The notes beneath the pieces were generated by a model, which worked only from the letters and a program-made list of their open reading frames with translations, had not been told where the DNA came from and made no database searches. From Malacoraja senta (Eukaryota), in assembly GCA_038087875.1 (NCBI GenBank), contig CM075990.1:7876001-7940000 (forward strand): a stretch of 64,000 bases of DNA, given 5' to 3'. Shown here one piece after another: positions 1-13,272 of the stretch. The position numbers were made by a program, and so were the translations under genes. The stretch's first letter is position 1. Every line of letters starts with the position of its first letter.

Positions 1-584
1 TATATGCAAAGATAGATTCCATGATGACTTGCAGTAATGTCATGAAGAGATGATTATGCTTGTTGGAAAAGATCACTGTCTGATTTGTGTGGCATGAGTG
101 TAACTTGAGCGTTTTGTATTTGATATTGATGGAGGGGAAGTAGGAGTTGCTGGTGGGAGTTGACAGGATAGATGGGATTGGGTGTGAGTTGACGAGACTG
201 TCATAGACCAATTTTCCCTGCTTCCTAACATTATTACAAATGCAAGATAAATCATGAGCCTGCCGTTAGCTGACTAGCTTTTATGGTGTTAACAGATACT
301 AAATAACTTTACTTAGAAACAAAACAAATGTTGCCTCTGTTTGATCTTGAAATATTTCGACTTTTGACCTTGTTATTTAAATAAAGTCCGGTAGAAATTA
401 TGCAGCAATTTGATAGAAAGCTAAGAAGCATTTTGAACTTTTGTGCAACGCAATGCATTATTCTTGAGATGCAAGCATTATGGTGGCATAGCCACTAATC
501 ATTATCCAGCTGCCTTTGGGAAGGTGGTGAACTGCTCCTTTGAATTGTTGTGATCTGAATGGAAACTAACCCTAACATTATTAC

Positions 585-1040
585 AAATCCTCTACACTCA
601 CAACTGCATGGGCCAATTCGGCTCCATTTCCATCTACAAGTTTGCAGACGACAACACTCTGATGAGCCAAATCATGAATAATGATGAGATAGACTACAGG
701 AAGGAGATAGAAAACTTCCGGACATGGTGTCAGGAGAATAACCACTCCCTCAATGTCAGCAAGACAAAGGAGTTAGTTACTAAATTCAGGAAGTATGGTG
801 GAGGGCATGACCAATCAGCATCAATGGCGCAGATGTGAAAAAGATTGAGGACATCAAATTCCTTGGTGTTAATATTGCCAATGATCTGACATGAATCATC
901 CACGTTGATGCGACAGTGAAGAAGGCACAACAAACCCTCTACTTCCTGCGGAGGCTGGGGAAATTTGGCATATCTCCAGTGACCCATAGAAAGCGTACTG
1001 TCACAGTCTGGATTGGGAACAGCTCTGCCCAAGAAGGGCA
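585..1040 (+). mobile_element. Rex1/Babar-type LINE RT fragment (decayed)
   Basis: Encodes KFADDNTL...YRKEIE...WCQENNHSLNVSKTKELV, then IKFLGV and KAQQTLYFLRRL. Confidence 0.8.
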
Positions 1041-1044
1041 AATT

Positions 1045-1230
1045 TTCATTACCAGCATGTTGAAAAATACTCCACGACCTAGCTGAGGCCTCGAGTACGC
1101 GGGGACTACTCGAGCATGAAGGAGAGTTACAAAGACCTCCTAGGACCTCGTGTCGTCCATGCTGCGAGTACGAGTCGAGTGCAAACTCTTTTAAACTCGC
1201 CAATTAGGTCGCCACAGTGGGACAGCCCCT
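1045..1230. mobile_element. Truncated PIF/Harbinger-type MITE (right end only)
   Basis: Ends AGTGGGACAGCCCCT followed by TAA, the same terminus as the MITEs at 14629, 41279, 46590 and 56853. Confidence 0.65.
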
Positions 1231-2729
1231 TAATGCAGGCATTGTCTGTACTAATTAGCACTCGGTGAAGATATGGATTTCTTTCTTGGACAGTTCTTCA
1301 GTCAGATGTGAGTTTGTCTAACTCAAGAACTGAGCACCTAACTTGAGGTGTTCTGGGGGTTCATTATTGTTGGGAAGCTGCTGTGTTGTTGATGTTAAAT
1401 TGAGCTTTTGGCAGTCCTCTCTAATAAATTGCCACTCTTCCATGTACCCAATATTCATATTATCTTATTTAAATACTTCTGTTTTGGAATGTCATGGGAT
1501 CAGGAGAGTTGCTATATGAATGTAACTTTTTTTTCCACATTTGTTGTTGCCAAATTCCAATTGCCTCTTTCACTTGTACGAGGATGAACTATTACTGATT
1601 TCTAGGTAAGTACAGACATTGAAAGTAGCTTTGCTTTCGAAAGGGCATTGAACATGCAATATTCTCGCATGAATAAAGTTGAGCACAAGAGTGAAGTACT
1701 GTTCAGCCAGTTTTAGACATAAAAAGCCTAGTTGTTTGTTTAGATTTTTCTGCGCCGTGGCCTTGTGAATCAGTGAACAGTATATCTATGTTGTAATCTT
1801 GAAGGGTTTACCACAAGGACCAATGAGAAATTTGTTTTATCAAGTTGTGAAGCATTGGAATTCTCCATGTGGCTGATCTGATTGATATTCAAGGCTGGGG
1901 TAGATAAGACGGAAATCTAAGTGATATGCTGATCAAGTGGGAAGGAGTACAAGCCACAGGAGATCAAGCATGATATTGAATCCAAAGTGGGCTTTAAGAT
2001 CCTAATATTCACTTATTTGTAGCATATGTTCTGATGAAAAGGTTCAACCCACATATTCTTTTCCTGAAAAAATATGTGATTGTGTTGTTGGCACCACTGA
2101 CAAACATTCTAATTCTGGTGAGGACGACATCTGTGGAGAGTTGATGTTTTCAGTCAAAATGCCTGATGAAGGTTATTGACTTAAGACACGAAGACTGTCT
2201 TCGTGAAGACATGAAGACCTGCTTGCATGTATCTGGCATTTTATTTTTGCTGAAATTCTAGCATTTGCAGTTGGTGTCTCTAGATTTCGAACTATTTCCT
2301 CAACCACATCAACAATCAATATAATTATTTTGATTGATACTACCTTTCCCATTCTCTTTGGAAATCTTTCCCTTGTATAACCAGTAATATTAAATTGTTA
2401 AACCTCCCTGTAGCCAGTCTCATAATCTTGCTAGTATATTATCGCCCCTTGTGCCTATTTAGGTCTGTATCTCAAAGGATGTATTTATTACTCTGAGCAT
2501 TTCTGTACATTTGCTTCTTGGGTGATTTTCAATTTAAGTTATTCTGAAGTACTATTGAAATGTTGTGAAGATCAATCATTTAGCTACAAAGGGAAAAGTG
2601 GAGATCAACTGGATTTGTCAAATGATTAAAACTGAAGCTGGTAATTGGCATTAAGAGCTACAAATGGTTTTGATGGAACTTAATTTTATTGGCTCATTAA
2701 TGTTTTAGGAGATTTATGAGTGGTGTTAA

Positions 2730-2878
2730 CTTAGTCATACCGTGTAGAAACGGGCCCTTCGGCCCAACTTGCCCACACCAACCAACATATCCCATCTACA
2801 CTCGTCCCACTTGCCTGCGTTTGGCACATATCTCTAAACCTGTCCTATCCACATACCTGTCTAATTGCTTCTTAAACA
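2730..2878 (-). mobile_element. CR1-type LINE 3' end fragment
   Basis: ggcccttcggcccaacttgcccaca...ctatccacatacctgtctaa, the same family as 32475-32825. Confidence 0.7.
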
Positions 2879-3698
2879 GTTACATACTTGGATACATATG
2901 TGACATCTTCCCCAACATTTGTCAACAACCGAGTTTGGTGTCTTGGGGAAGACACCAAAGAATCAAAAGCAGCCCAGTGTTGCAGCCTGGTAACTTCATT
3001 CTCAATCGCTGATTCATTCATGTTGAACACGGAGTTATAAAATGTACCACAGGTAATACCTATGACATGTACTTCACCAGAAGAATTTATCTTTGCTGCA
3101 AAAGTCAAACTATGACCAAGTAGGTTAACTTTACTGGGTACAAGTTACATTGTCATCAGTCAAATAATTTAAATCTAGATAAATTGCCTGAAATATAGGT
3201 GCGTCATATTTGAACAGAATAAACATGCTTGAATGTCCACTTTGTTGGAGCTTGTCGATTCAAGACTGCAACAGTCTAAAGTGCTGCCTGCCTTTTGGAT
3301 CGGTTACTACAAACTTGTGGCTGAATAGTTTCTCTCAGGGCAAAGATTATTGAAACACAATTAACTGGTTACTCATCTGTGTACCCAGGTCATTGGATTT
3401 GAAAGGAATTAATCGTGTTTGGGTTGAGAAATCTGGATTGACAAAAGCTGGGGTGTGGATGAAGACCAAATTACTTTAGTGCATCACGTGGATTATATCT
3501 CATTTTCACCTTTCACGCCATGCCTTGCGAACACATTATAGAGTGTCACTATACTTGCACTGCCAGGTGATCGAGATTTTAAAAGATGGGCTTGAGTGAG
3601 GGGAACTTTGACATTGGAATTTAGTGTAATCTGTAAATAAGAGGGGAAACTTGGATGCAAACTGCAACATGTTAACTGAATTATGTTTCTATCTGCAG

Positions 3699-4757
3699 GG
3701 AGTAAACACTCGGATCCATTGAGAGAAGGAATTGAGAAAAATAGTGTTCCCAAGAACAAGAATGCAACTGAAAATGAAAAGAAAGTCGAGATGGCCAGTA
3801 CAGGACCAGCTAGTTTTACAACTGATGAATTGCCCCTGGATAGTTGGGATGAGATCATGAAGAGCTCAGGGTCACCCTCTGAGATGCAGCAGAGGACAGA
3901 ATTCCAGCCATGGGTTGGTGGACTTGGCCGTATGCCCTGTGTCAAAGACGAAGCCTCTGATGGAAGGTACGGTAGACATGGAGATGCTTTCTTAAACCCT
4001 GATAGGTCTACGGAACTAAAAGGTAACCAGGGAATTTTTGAATGGGCAGAATATTCCAGCGTCAAGGATGAGGAAGTAGAGAATGACTCCCAGCCACTCA
4101 GGTCAAACTGCAAAACATACTGTCGCTCAAATAAAGGCAAGTCGGGAAGTGCTGGCACAACAAATTTTGATAAAATAAATGATGGCACTGGGAAATCTGC
4201 TCAAGCTGACCTGATGGCCAAGGATGGCTTAAAACTAGACACCAAAAGTTCAGGGACAACAGGCAAGTCATCTACAGCTCGGACAGCAAGAGACACCATT
4301 ACCTTGCCCTCGTCTTATCTATCACCTTGCAATGTCACGCTTCAGGACACCACAGACCGAAGCATGGATGAATTCACCTCAAGTCCAGCTGACCTGGGAG
4401 AAGCAGGCCGCTTGCGGAAAAAAACCGAAGCTGCCGCAGGTAAGACTACTGTCAGATTTCGGCCGACCCAGTCCAAATCCAAAAAGGATGCAAAGCTGGA
4501 GTTCTTTGGCTTTGACGAGCAAGAGGGAGAGGATGGTGCTTTCCACTCAACTGGTGGTGCAGCCAACTATAAAATCAAATACTTTGGTTTTGACGATTTG
4601 AGTGAAAGCTCCGATGAGGATGAGGATTCTGAATCAGAAGGCGGGCACAAGAAAAAATCTTCAGTCAGAATCGTTGATATTGGGGATCTTCTGGTGAATT
4701 CGGAATCAACAGACTCCCAAGAAAGTCAATTGCAGTCTCAGGACAACGCAAATACAG
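3699..4757 (+). CDS. WAPL: WAPL large internal coding exon (disordered N-terminal region; probable equivalent of human exon 3)
   Basis: Acceptor atctgcAG|GG at 3698/3699 and donor ACAG|GTGGGT at 4757/4758, phase 1 at both ends. The ORF contains [17 protein letters not shown] and [14 protein letters not shown], the FGF motifs typical of vertebrate WAPL. Confidence 0.93.
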
Positions 4758-5511
4758 GTGGGTGCACTCTCAAGTGATAACAGCTTGGAAATTCTTCATT
4801 TATCTACAGTTCCATTTGTTGAATAGCAGCTGGATTCAGTTTCATTTTCATGTCCAGTTATTAATAGGAAAGGGGTTCAGGAGAAGGCAATTCAGTATTG
4901 TCATCGATTCCATTATTCAGTTGGAATTGTATCATCCTTAATGAGATTTTTTAAATTAATAAAAAGTGGAGTAGGCAAGTTCAATGAAACTTTAATGATC
5001 TAGAATCCTTAGAAATTTGGTGCAGGACACAAACTATTACATTATTCCTCTTGGTATTCATTTTTCTTGGAATTACACAGTGGTCTTATAATTTTTGCAG
5101 TGAGGTTAAAGAGAGTGGGAAAGACCTCCAGTGAGTTTCAGCTTCTAAGTTGTAATTTGTATGTTTCAGTTTATGCTAAACAATCAAGATCCCAACACCA
5201 GCCACAAACCTATGTACGATCCACACTCCAGACCTGTGGTATTCCGACCCCAGCTCTGACTACACTGATCCCCTGCTGACACTTCAGACTAATGTGAGCT
5301 GCAAGTCGAACCATCAAGATTTACTGATAATTAGCAGCATTTCACTGTTCAGGCACGCCCTGACTGGCGTAATGGGTGACAACGAAAACTCACATTTGTG
5401 TAAACAATTCTCTAAGTCCACTGATGCCCCATGTGGTCTCCACGTCGAGGTGCCCCTGTGATTACATGCAATTAAAAAGTAATTTTCAATTTTAATAACT
5501 GAACAAAAATG

Positions 5512-5810
5512 CAGTGGTTCAGCTAGGAGGGCTGCTGCCTTGCAGTGGAGGAGACCTGGGTACAATCCTTTGCCGTCTGTGTGATGTTTGTACTTCACCC
5601 TGACTACTTAGGCTTTGCCCAGATGTGCATTTTCCTCGTACATCCCAAACACATGCAGATTCGTAGGTTAATTGATCATAGTAAATGGCCCCTAGTATCT
5701 AGGTAAATGGTCGAATCTGGTGAGAAGGGTGAGTGATGCGAAGGTGTGACTGGGTGGTTGATGGTCTACCTGGACGACGTGGTCCAAAGGTCTTATTTAT
5801 ATACTCTATA
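5512..5810 (+). mobile_element. Decayed tRNA-derived V-SINE/HE1-like SINE
   Basis: gtggttcagctagg (A-box-like) head, central gtctgtgtgatgtttgtacttc domain and gtaggttaatt motif, as in the copy at 42229. Confidence 0.65.
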
Positions 5811-5974
5811 ACTACATAATTCTTAATCATAAAATGTGATAATTTGTTATGTTTGAGGTTTTGGTGGTGCTGGACTAGAGTGTACTTTCAAGTGTACTTT
5901 TGATTTGCCTTTTTTAGGTGTTAGAATGTATTTTTTAGTGAACCTGGTAAGTTGAAAGTGCAAGAGCCCAGGCG

Positions 5975-6462
5975 AGAAGGAATGGGTGACATTTCAGGTC
6001 GAGACCCTTCTTCATGTCAGGGGAGGGGGCGGGACAGTAAGACTAGGAGAACTGGGAAGGGGGATGGGATTGACAGAGAAAGCAAGGGCTATCTGAAGTT
6101 CGAAGTCAATGTTCATACCGCTGGGATGTAAACTACCCAAGCAAAATATGAGGTGCTGTTCCTCCAATTTGCGCTGGGCCTCGCTCGGACAATGGAGGAG
6201 GCCTAGGACAGAAAGGCCAGATTGGGAATAGGAGGGGGAGTTGAAGTGCTGAGCCACCGGGAGATCAGGTAGGTTAAGATGGACTGAGCGGAGGTGTTCA
6301 GCAAAACAATCGCCGAACCTGCGTTTGGTCTCGCCGATGTAGAGAAGTTGACACCTGGAACACTGGATACAGTAGATGAGATTGGAGGATGTGCAGGTGA
6401 ACCTCTGCCTCACCTGGAAAGAATGTTTGGGTCCTTGGATGGAGTCGAGGGGGGAGGTAAAG
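5975..6462 (-). mobile_element. Penelope-like retroelement 3' part (GIY-YIG endonuclease plus terminal repeat)
   Basis: ORF 6012-6413 encodes FTCTSSNLIYCIQCSRCQLLYIGETKRR...EHLRSV...VAQHFN, a GIY-YIG endonuclease characteristic of Penelope-like elements. Confidence 0.88.
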
Positions 6463-7854
6463 GCCTAATTGAGTCAGGTTCTCAAACCGTTGAGATTCCT
6501 GTTAGCTGGTGAGCAGATTATCTGAGTCAATGTATTTGAATAATCCATCGGAAAAATGTTTGCTTAGATAACCTCGATAAATGATTATTGTATCTATCTC
6601 CCCCTGTGGCCTTTCCCACTGGCTAAAGCCACTATTAGGCCATATATTACACAGACCCCACCATTCTGCAAATGATAAATACCTTGGATGCATTTACTGC
6701 TACGTTTATGTAATTTTTTTTTTTTTAACTATGCAAGAACCCAAAGAGAGAAATGTGTATCTGTATTAGGTCTGAGTTTGCTTGCCCTCACACTTCCAAG
6801 TGTTGATAAAATAAATGGAATGAAAGAAATGATATTGGTGGGAAGTGTGAGTGAGTGAAGAAGCAAAGTTGGAAAGGGCTCTTGTGTTGGAGCAGGCTGT
6901 GAAGTCAGGAAGGGATTACTGAGCAAGTAAGAAAGTCCAAATGAGTTTGTTGTCTCTTGTGAATATGTGCAATCCTGTTAAATCATATCCATTTATTGGC
7001 AGGTTTACGTGCATGTTAAATTTCCCTACTCTTCAATTGTTTGGAACAATAAATTTCATCTTTGCTCAAAAGTGAAATAGCCGTATAAACGGTGCAAGCA
7101 CATTTGGTACAGAAATGTCCATATTTACCATGGAGCAACCAGTTTCAAAGATATGAAGGATTGTTATAAAACAAACTTGGGACAATTGATACATCAAATG
7201 GCCAAACTGGATGAATTGTCTTTTATGTGGCCATGAAACCTTTTAAACAGTTCAATTTGTTTCATTTAAAAGAACCTTAATGCAGGATTTACTTTAAAGT
7301 TGCAGTTATTTGAAAAATAAATTAAGTAAAAAATTGCTCAGTAAATGGAAGAGTAATCATCTTCACAATTATTGTGAAAGCATACGCATATGAATGGCAA
7401 TGAAGCCAATTTTCATCAGTGGTCATGTCAAAGGGGTGATTAAGTTGCACATGCACATTGACTGTCAATAAGTACCAATAGTGATGGTCCTACTGACATT
7501 AGAAGCATTGAGTGCGTCGGTTTATTTGGCTGCTGGGCCCCACGAAGATCGCTGGTAAATCCAGTCTTGAGATTTTGATCCTTCTGATAAGAATTGGTGA
7601 CACTTCAATCGGGGTTTAGTTCAGAGATTGAGGTGACAAGGGAAATTCTTCATTTCTAAAATCTGAATGGCAATCATTAAAAAAACTCTTTGAATTTCAT
7701 TACAGGTTTTGACTTAACAATGTTGCGACCCACAGTTTTGCTGGGTGTAAATGACAAGAGATTGTAATAACAACGTACTAATTGCACACAATGGGTCTCT
7801 TATGGGACTGTGGCTAAGCCGATGGCTACAAAAGGCCAATAAGATAAGTCCTTG

Positions 7855-8100
7855 AGTGGCTCAGCTGGTAGTTGCTGCTTCATAGCTCCAGAAATTGTGT
7901 TCTTGGGTAGTCTTTGTGACGTTTGAACGTTGTCCTTGCCACAGATTGGCTTTTCTCTTGTTGCTCTGGTTTCCTTCCATGTCGCAAAGACACATTTATA
8001 GGTTGGTTGGCTGCTATGAATTACCCCCACTGCAGGTACGTAATTGCGATGGGGGTGGTTACAGGAAAATAGGTCGGGGTGAATGGAAATTATGGGATTG
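7855..8100 (+). mobile_element. Decayed V-SINE/HE1-like SINE
   Basis: gtggctcagctggtagttgctgcttcatagctccaga head. Confidence 0.6.
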
Positions 8101-8717
8101 CACTGAGAACCTGCGGAGACGAGACTGCAACTGCTGGAATCTTAAGCTGCAAATAAACAGCTGGAGGATCTCGACGGGTTAGGCAGCATCTGTGGAGGGA
8201 AACGAGCCGTTGATGTTTGAGGTCGAGACCCTTCCTCGGGTAAGGAATGTGTCAACCTAAAATGTAAACTGTCCAGATAAATGAATAAAGTCACCGCAAG
8301 GTTCTGATGTGGGCCAACAAGAAATAATGCATTAAATTTTCAACAAGGTCATTTAAGCTATAACTTTGATTTTTTTTTTTTAAGCATTGTAGACTGATAT
8401 AACAACTAGGGGTATTAAAATAAAATAATTTGAGGTTGACCGTGCAGTGAACTGGTTCAAGATAGGGCTCACTAAGATCACTTTTTCAAGATGCCAATTT
8501 ATTAAACGGGCATCTTTCAAGACTTGTCACTAAAACAGACTCTTCAAAATGCAGAGCTTGGGGTTCTTATGCCATTAGTTTTCAACTAGTTCAGTCTGTT
8601 CAGTGTATGAAATGAGTTAATCAAATGGAGATCATTTAATTATTCAGTGGTCTTGCTGCAAAATATTCAAAAATACACGTCATCTTGTCTGAAGGTAATT
8701 ATGAATAGGGCACTAGA

Positions 8718-9005
8718 GATACAGAGATACAGCGTGGAAACCGGCCCTTCGGCCAACCGAGTCCATGCCAACCATCGATTACGCATACACTAGTTCTATG
8801 TTATTTCGAGTTTTACATCCTACGCATTAGGGACAATTTACAGAAGCCAATCAACTTACAAACCCACACATCTTGGGAATGAGAGCAAACCAGAGCACTC
8901 AGAGAAAACAGATGTGGTCACAGGGAGAAAGTAAAACTCCACACAGACAGTACCCATAATCAGGATCAAACCTTTTGGCTCGAGCACAGCACCATTGTGC
9001 TCCCC
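8718..9005 (-). mobile_element. V-SINE/HE1-like SINE
   Basis: Reverse-complement match to the copy at 42229 (agatacagcgtggaaaccggcccttcggcc...ctccacacagacagtaccc). Confidence 0.75.
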
Positions 9006-9317
9006 GTGCATGTAGAATAAAGATGTGTGTTTTACATGTGCAATGCATGATCCCTTGACCCATATTTTTTTCTGTGCTGATGCATGAATGAGGAATGGTG
9101 ATTTCTCTCTGGTGGCCATCTCTGGGAAGGCAACACATATTGCTCAATCATCGTAGGGAGCGCTGTTTTAAACTGCATCATTTCTCGTGTACAAAATAAA
9201 TCGCTAGTCATGTTAGCTGGGAGCTCAAGAAAATCGTACTTAGCTTTGATGAGGAGTAACATATGGCTGTCAGAAGTACAGGAATTAAAGAGTATTAACT
9301 GGACACTATAGTTCTCC

Positions 9318-9393
9318 ATATATGTATATGTGTGTGTGTGCGTGTGTATAACACACGCACAGACGGACAGACACAGACACAGAGACAGACAGA
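9318..9393. repeat. Compound microsatellite (TA/TG)n-(CA/CAGA)n
   Basis: tatatatgtatatgtgtgtgtgtgcgtgtg...acagacacagacacagagacagacagac, read directly. Confidence 0.85.
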
Positions 9394-11461
9394 CACCTAT
9401 TACAAACCCATGACTCCCATAGCTATCGAGACGACAGTTCTTCCCACCCTGCTTCCTGTAAGGCTCGATCCCCTACTCCCAATTCCTCCGTCTGCGGTGA
9501 GGATGAGGTTTTCCATACCAGGTCTGGAATGCCAAGTCCTCACTCTTTAAGAAATGGGGGTTCCCCTCTTCCATTATAGATGAGGATCTCACTAGGGTCT
9601 CCTCGATATCCCACAGCTCCACTCTTGCTCCCCCTCCCCCAATTCGTAACAAGGACAGGGTCCCCCTTGTCCACGCCTTCCACCCCATCAGCCGTCGCAT
9701 TCAGCATATAATCTGACACAGTAACATAGCTGCCGTTCTGGTGCCTTCGTAAGGCTCGGAAAGCACATCTCGGACCCTCACCATAGGAGCACCGCATGGC
9801 TGCTTACTCTCCCTCTCCTTTACTCTCTCAACACCAACGACTGGACCTCCACAGACTCCTCTGTCAAGCTTCTTACATTTGCGGACGACACAACCCTGAT
9901 TGGACTGATCCAGGATGGGGAGGAACCTGCCTACAGACAGGAAGTGACACAGCTGGCATCCTGGTGCCATTGCAACAAGCTGGAGCTCAATGCTCTTAAG
10001 ACTGGAATTGATAGTAGACTAGGAGAGCTCCCCCCCCCCCCCCCCCCCCCACTTACCATCAACAACATCACAGCACATCTGTGGAGTCTTTTAAGTTCCT
10101 TAGAACCATCATCTCCAAGAACCTGAAATGGCAGGCCACAGTCAAAGGCCCAACAGAGGGCAGCTGAGGAAATACAATCTGCCACAGGCAATGATGATCC
10201 AATTCTATACTGCCATCGTAGAGTCTGTCCTCACCATCTCCATCATGATCTGATTTGGCTCAGCCACCAAGAACGACATCCGGAGGCTGCAGCGAATCGT
10301 CTGATCAGCTGAGAAGGTTGTTGACTGCAACCTCCCCCCCCCCCCCCCCCCCCCCATTGACGAACTGTACACTGCAAGGGCCAGAAAGCGAGCGGGTAAG
10401 ATCATCTCTGACCCCTCTCACCTGGCCACAAACTCTTGGAAGCACTTCCCTCTGGAAGGCGACTCCGGACTGTCAAAGCCGCCACAGCCAGACATAAAAA
10501 CATCTTTTTTCCACGAGCAGTAGCTCTACTCAATAACCAAAAGTCTGTAGCCTCATTTTGCTCTGGTATTTTATTTCATTCACAAGGTTATACTATAATG
10601 TTTTATTATTAATGTTTAATGTTTTATATGTCATTCTTAATTATTACTGTATGTCGTGTTGTTACTTGCGAGCGGAGCACCAAATTCCTTCTATGTGTAC
10701 ATACTTGGCCAATAAACGTATTCATTCGTTCATTCATCCTCCAACATTTTCGCCACCTCCAGCGGGATCCCACTACTGGCCACATCTTTCCATCTCCACC
10801 CCTCTTTCTGCTTTCCGCAGAGACCGTTCCCTCCACAACTCCCTGGTCAACTCGTACTTTCCCCTGTAACCGCAGGAGATGCAACACCTGTCCCTTTACC
10901 TCCCCCCTCAACTCCATCCAAGGACCCTGACAGTCTTTCCAGGTGAGGCAGAGGTTAACTTGCACCTCCTCCAACCTCATCTACTGTATACGCTGTTCCA
11001 GGTGTCAAGAGCAGGCTCAGCATTCGTTTTGCTGAATACCTCCACTCAGTTCGCCTTAACCTACCTGATCTCCCAGTTGCTCAGCCCTTTAACTCCCCCT
11101 CCCATTCCCAATTTGACCTTTCTGTCCATTGTCAGAGTGAGGCCCAGCGCAAATTGGAGGAACAGCATCTCATATTTCGCTTGGGTAGCTTACACCCCAG
11201 CGGTATGAACATTGACTTCTCTAACTTCAAATAGCCCTTGCTTTCCCTCTCTCTCCATCCCCTCCCCCTTCCCAGTTCTCCCACCAGTCTTATGACTACA
11301 TTCTATTTCTGTCTCGCCCACTCCCCTGACATCAGTCTGAAGAAAGGTCTCGACCCGAAAGGTCACCCATTCTTTCCAGAGATAGTGCCTGTCCTGCTGA
11401 GTTACTCCAGCATTTTGTCTACCTTCGATTTAAACCAGCATCTGCAGTTCTTTCCTACACA
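9394..11461 (+). mobile_element. Penelope-like retroelement (RT C-terminus, GIY-YIG region and 3' terminal repeat), interrupted by a Rex1 insertion
   Basis: YYKP...SHSY-like and NKDRVPLV..FHP motifs at 9400-9710; resumes at 10736 (LQHFRHLQRDP...PCNRRRCNTCP...TCTSSNLIYC); ends with the catctgcagttctttcctacac tail. Confidence 0.82.
9714..10735 (+). mobile_element. Rex1/Babar-type LINE 3' part nested in the Penelope element
   Basis: GAPHGC.LSP, FADDTTLIGLI and WCHCNKLELNALKT RT motifs; AATAAA followed by an (ATTC)n tail at 10711-10735. Confidence 0.82.
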
Positions 11462-12224
11462 TTATTGTTGTCCTTGCCAGCTGCTACTAAGTCTCTAACT
11501 ATATAATTATTTTGCCTGTTGGATTAATGATTTATCTGGGTCAAGAATAGATATTCGCAATTGGTCCAAGCCAGCAGTGACTGAATTAGCAGAATCAAAT
11601 AGATATGTGGCTAGAAAACTGAAAATTTGATGCTAATCATTTAATGCTTCTCTTGCACAAGTCTGTGGCTCCTTCAGTCAGAAACACTATTATAAATTCC
11701 TATGCACTGCTATCTGGCTGCTGGTGGCATTGTTAGTGATATATACAAAGGCATAAAGTTCTTTAGACAGCGAGCTGTAATTAAGCACAAGCAGATATCA
11801 GCTGCACGCCTTGTAAAGATAGCGCAGAACATTTTTTTAACCTAATTTGAGCCCCACTTGAAAAGGGTCCATTTACCCTGGTCTCCTGATCAATGTTTAT
11901 CCCTTGGTGTCCAAAACTAACCGGCTTCCATTCAGTTAACTTGTTGCTTGAACCTGCTGTGCTTAAATGGCAAAAGGATGATGTGGGAGGATTTTGTTCG
12001 CGTTAAAGTATTGCAAAGGTTGCAAGAAGAATGTAGGACCTAATTTTTCAATATAATCTGAGGAATTTGTCAACATTTAACTGTGATTGTAACAGAAATT
12101 GGAATATTTTACATTTGCAAGCAGTATTATTACAGTCCATTAAAATGTGGTGACTGTCTGCTAGATGGAAATTACTGCTGCAATGTAAGATGACCATCTT
12201 ATCCTATCATTTTTCTTAATTTAG

Positions 12225-12860
12225 CATAAAATATGACAGTCGATGGGGATAGCAATGAGCGAAGGGCAGAGCTGGCAGTTCAATGTTCCAGTGTACAGAT
12301 AGTACAGGCGTGGATAGAAATGCAAGTAAGAGAGGGGGGGAGGGGTTAGCTTTTCGATCAGGGAGAACATAACCACGGTGCTTCAAGGATATTCTTGGAG
12401 GATCATCCATTGAGGTGCTATGGATGGAACTTAACAACAGGAAGGGAATAATCACTTTGATGGGGCTATTATAAGCTCCCAATAGTGTGTGGGAATACGA
12501 AGAGCAAATGTGCAGTGAGATTGCAGATAGCTGCAAGAATGACAAGTTGGTGTTTGTGGGAGATTTCAACTTCTGTAATTTTGACTGTCTCCCATAGTAA
12601 CAAGCCTTTGGACATGATGGAAAGCTTCCAAGAACTTTTCCTTATTCGATATACGGAGGTTTCTACTAGAGAGGGCACGACATTGGACAACCTCTTGGGG
12701 AATGCGGCAGTGCAACTGACTGATAGTGGAGGAGCACTTTGGGATTAGTGGCCATAAATCTAATGGTTTTAAAGTAGTTATGGAAAAAGTTAGGACTGGT
12801 CCAAAAGTTAATGTCTTTCATTCAGGCTAGGCTGATTTTGGAGGCATTAGGCAAAAGAGA
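12225..12860 (+). mobile_element. CR1-type LINE endonuclease-region fragment (decayed)
   Basis: Relics of GQSWQFNVP, KRGG.G, IEVLWMEL.N.KG, VGDFN and TREGTTLD.LLGN. Confidence 0.7.
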
Positions 12861-13272
12861 TTTGCCAGGATGTTGGGTCGAGTTACTGCAGCATTTTGTG
12901 TGTACCATATGGCCATATATTGGTCTTCAAGTACGTTACTAATAATTTTGTTCCAATCCTTGATAAAAGCCTAGTTAATGCTGATTTTCTGATTAATCAG
13001 ACTTTGTTTCCAAACTGCCCTACTATAAATGTAATTAATCAGAAAATTCTCAAGTTCAGAACACTTTGACTTGCTGCATTTGCTCTAACGAACTGTGACT
13101 AGATGTGACATGGAGTGGAACATTTACAGCCTTGCATTAATCAACATCTTTGACCATTCGAGACAAAAATGCAGTGAGACCCTTTTGATCACATGCACTG
13201 GAACACCAGTGTGGATGGTTTTGTGACCGTGCACCGTTCTACTTGTGTCCTCTGAAGAAGTGAATAACGTTT

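Noticed and set aside
3041..3056. 16-mer AATGTACCACAGGTAA shared with 52205-52220
   Set aside because: One 16-mer match in 64 kb of AT-rich DNA is compatible with chance, and the similarity does not extend.
3683..3698. ATG at 3683 as the WAPL start codon
   Set aside because: It lies within the acceptor tract; the conserved N-terminus (MTSRFGKTYSRKG-like) is absent from the window and the exon starts in phase 1.
3493..4188. 231-aa minus-strand ORF (and 4342-4566)
   Set aside because: Antisense shadow of the large WAPL exon, with no recognisable domain.
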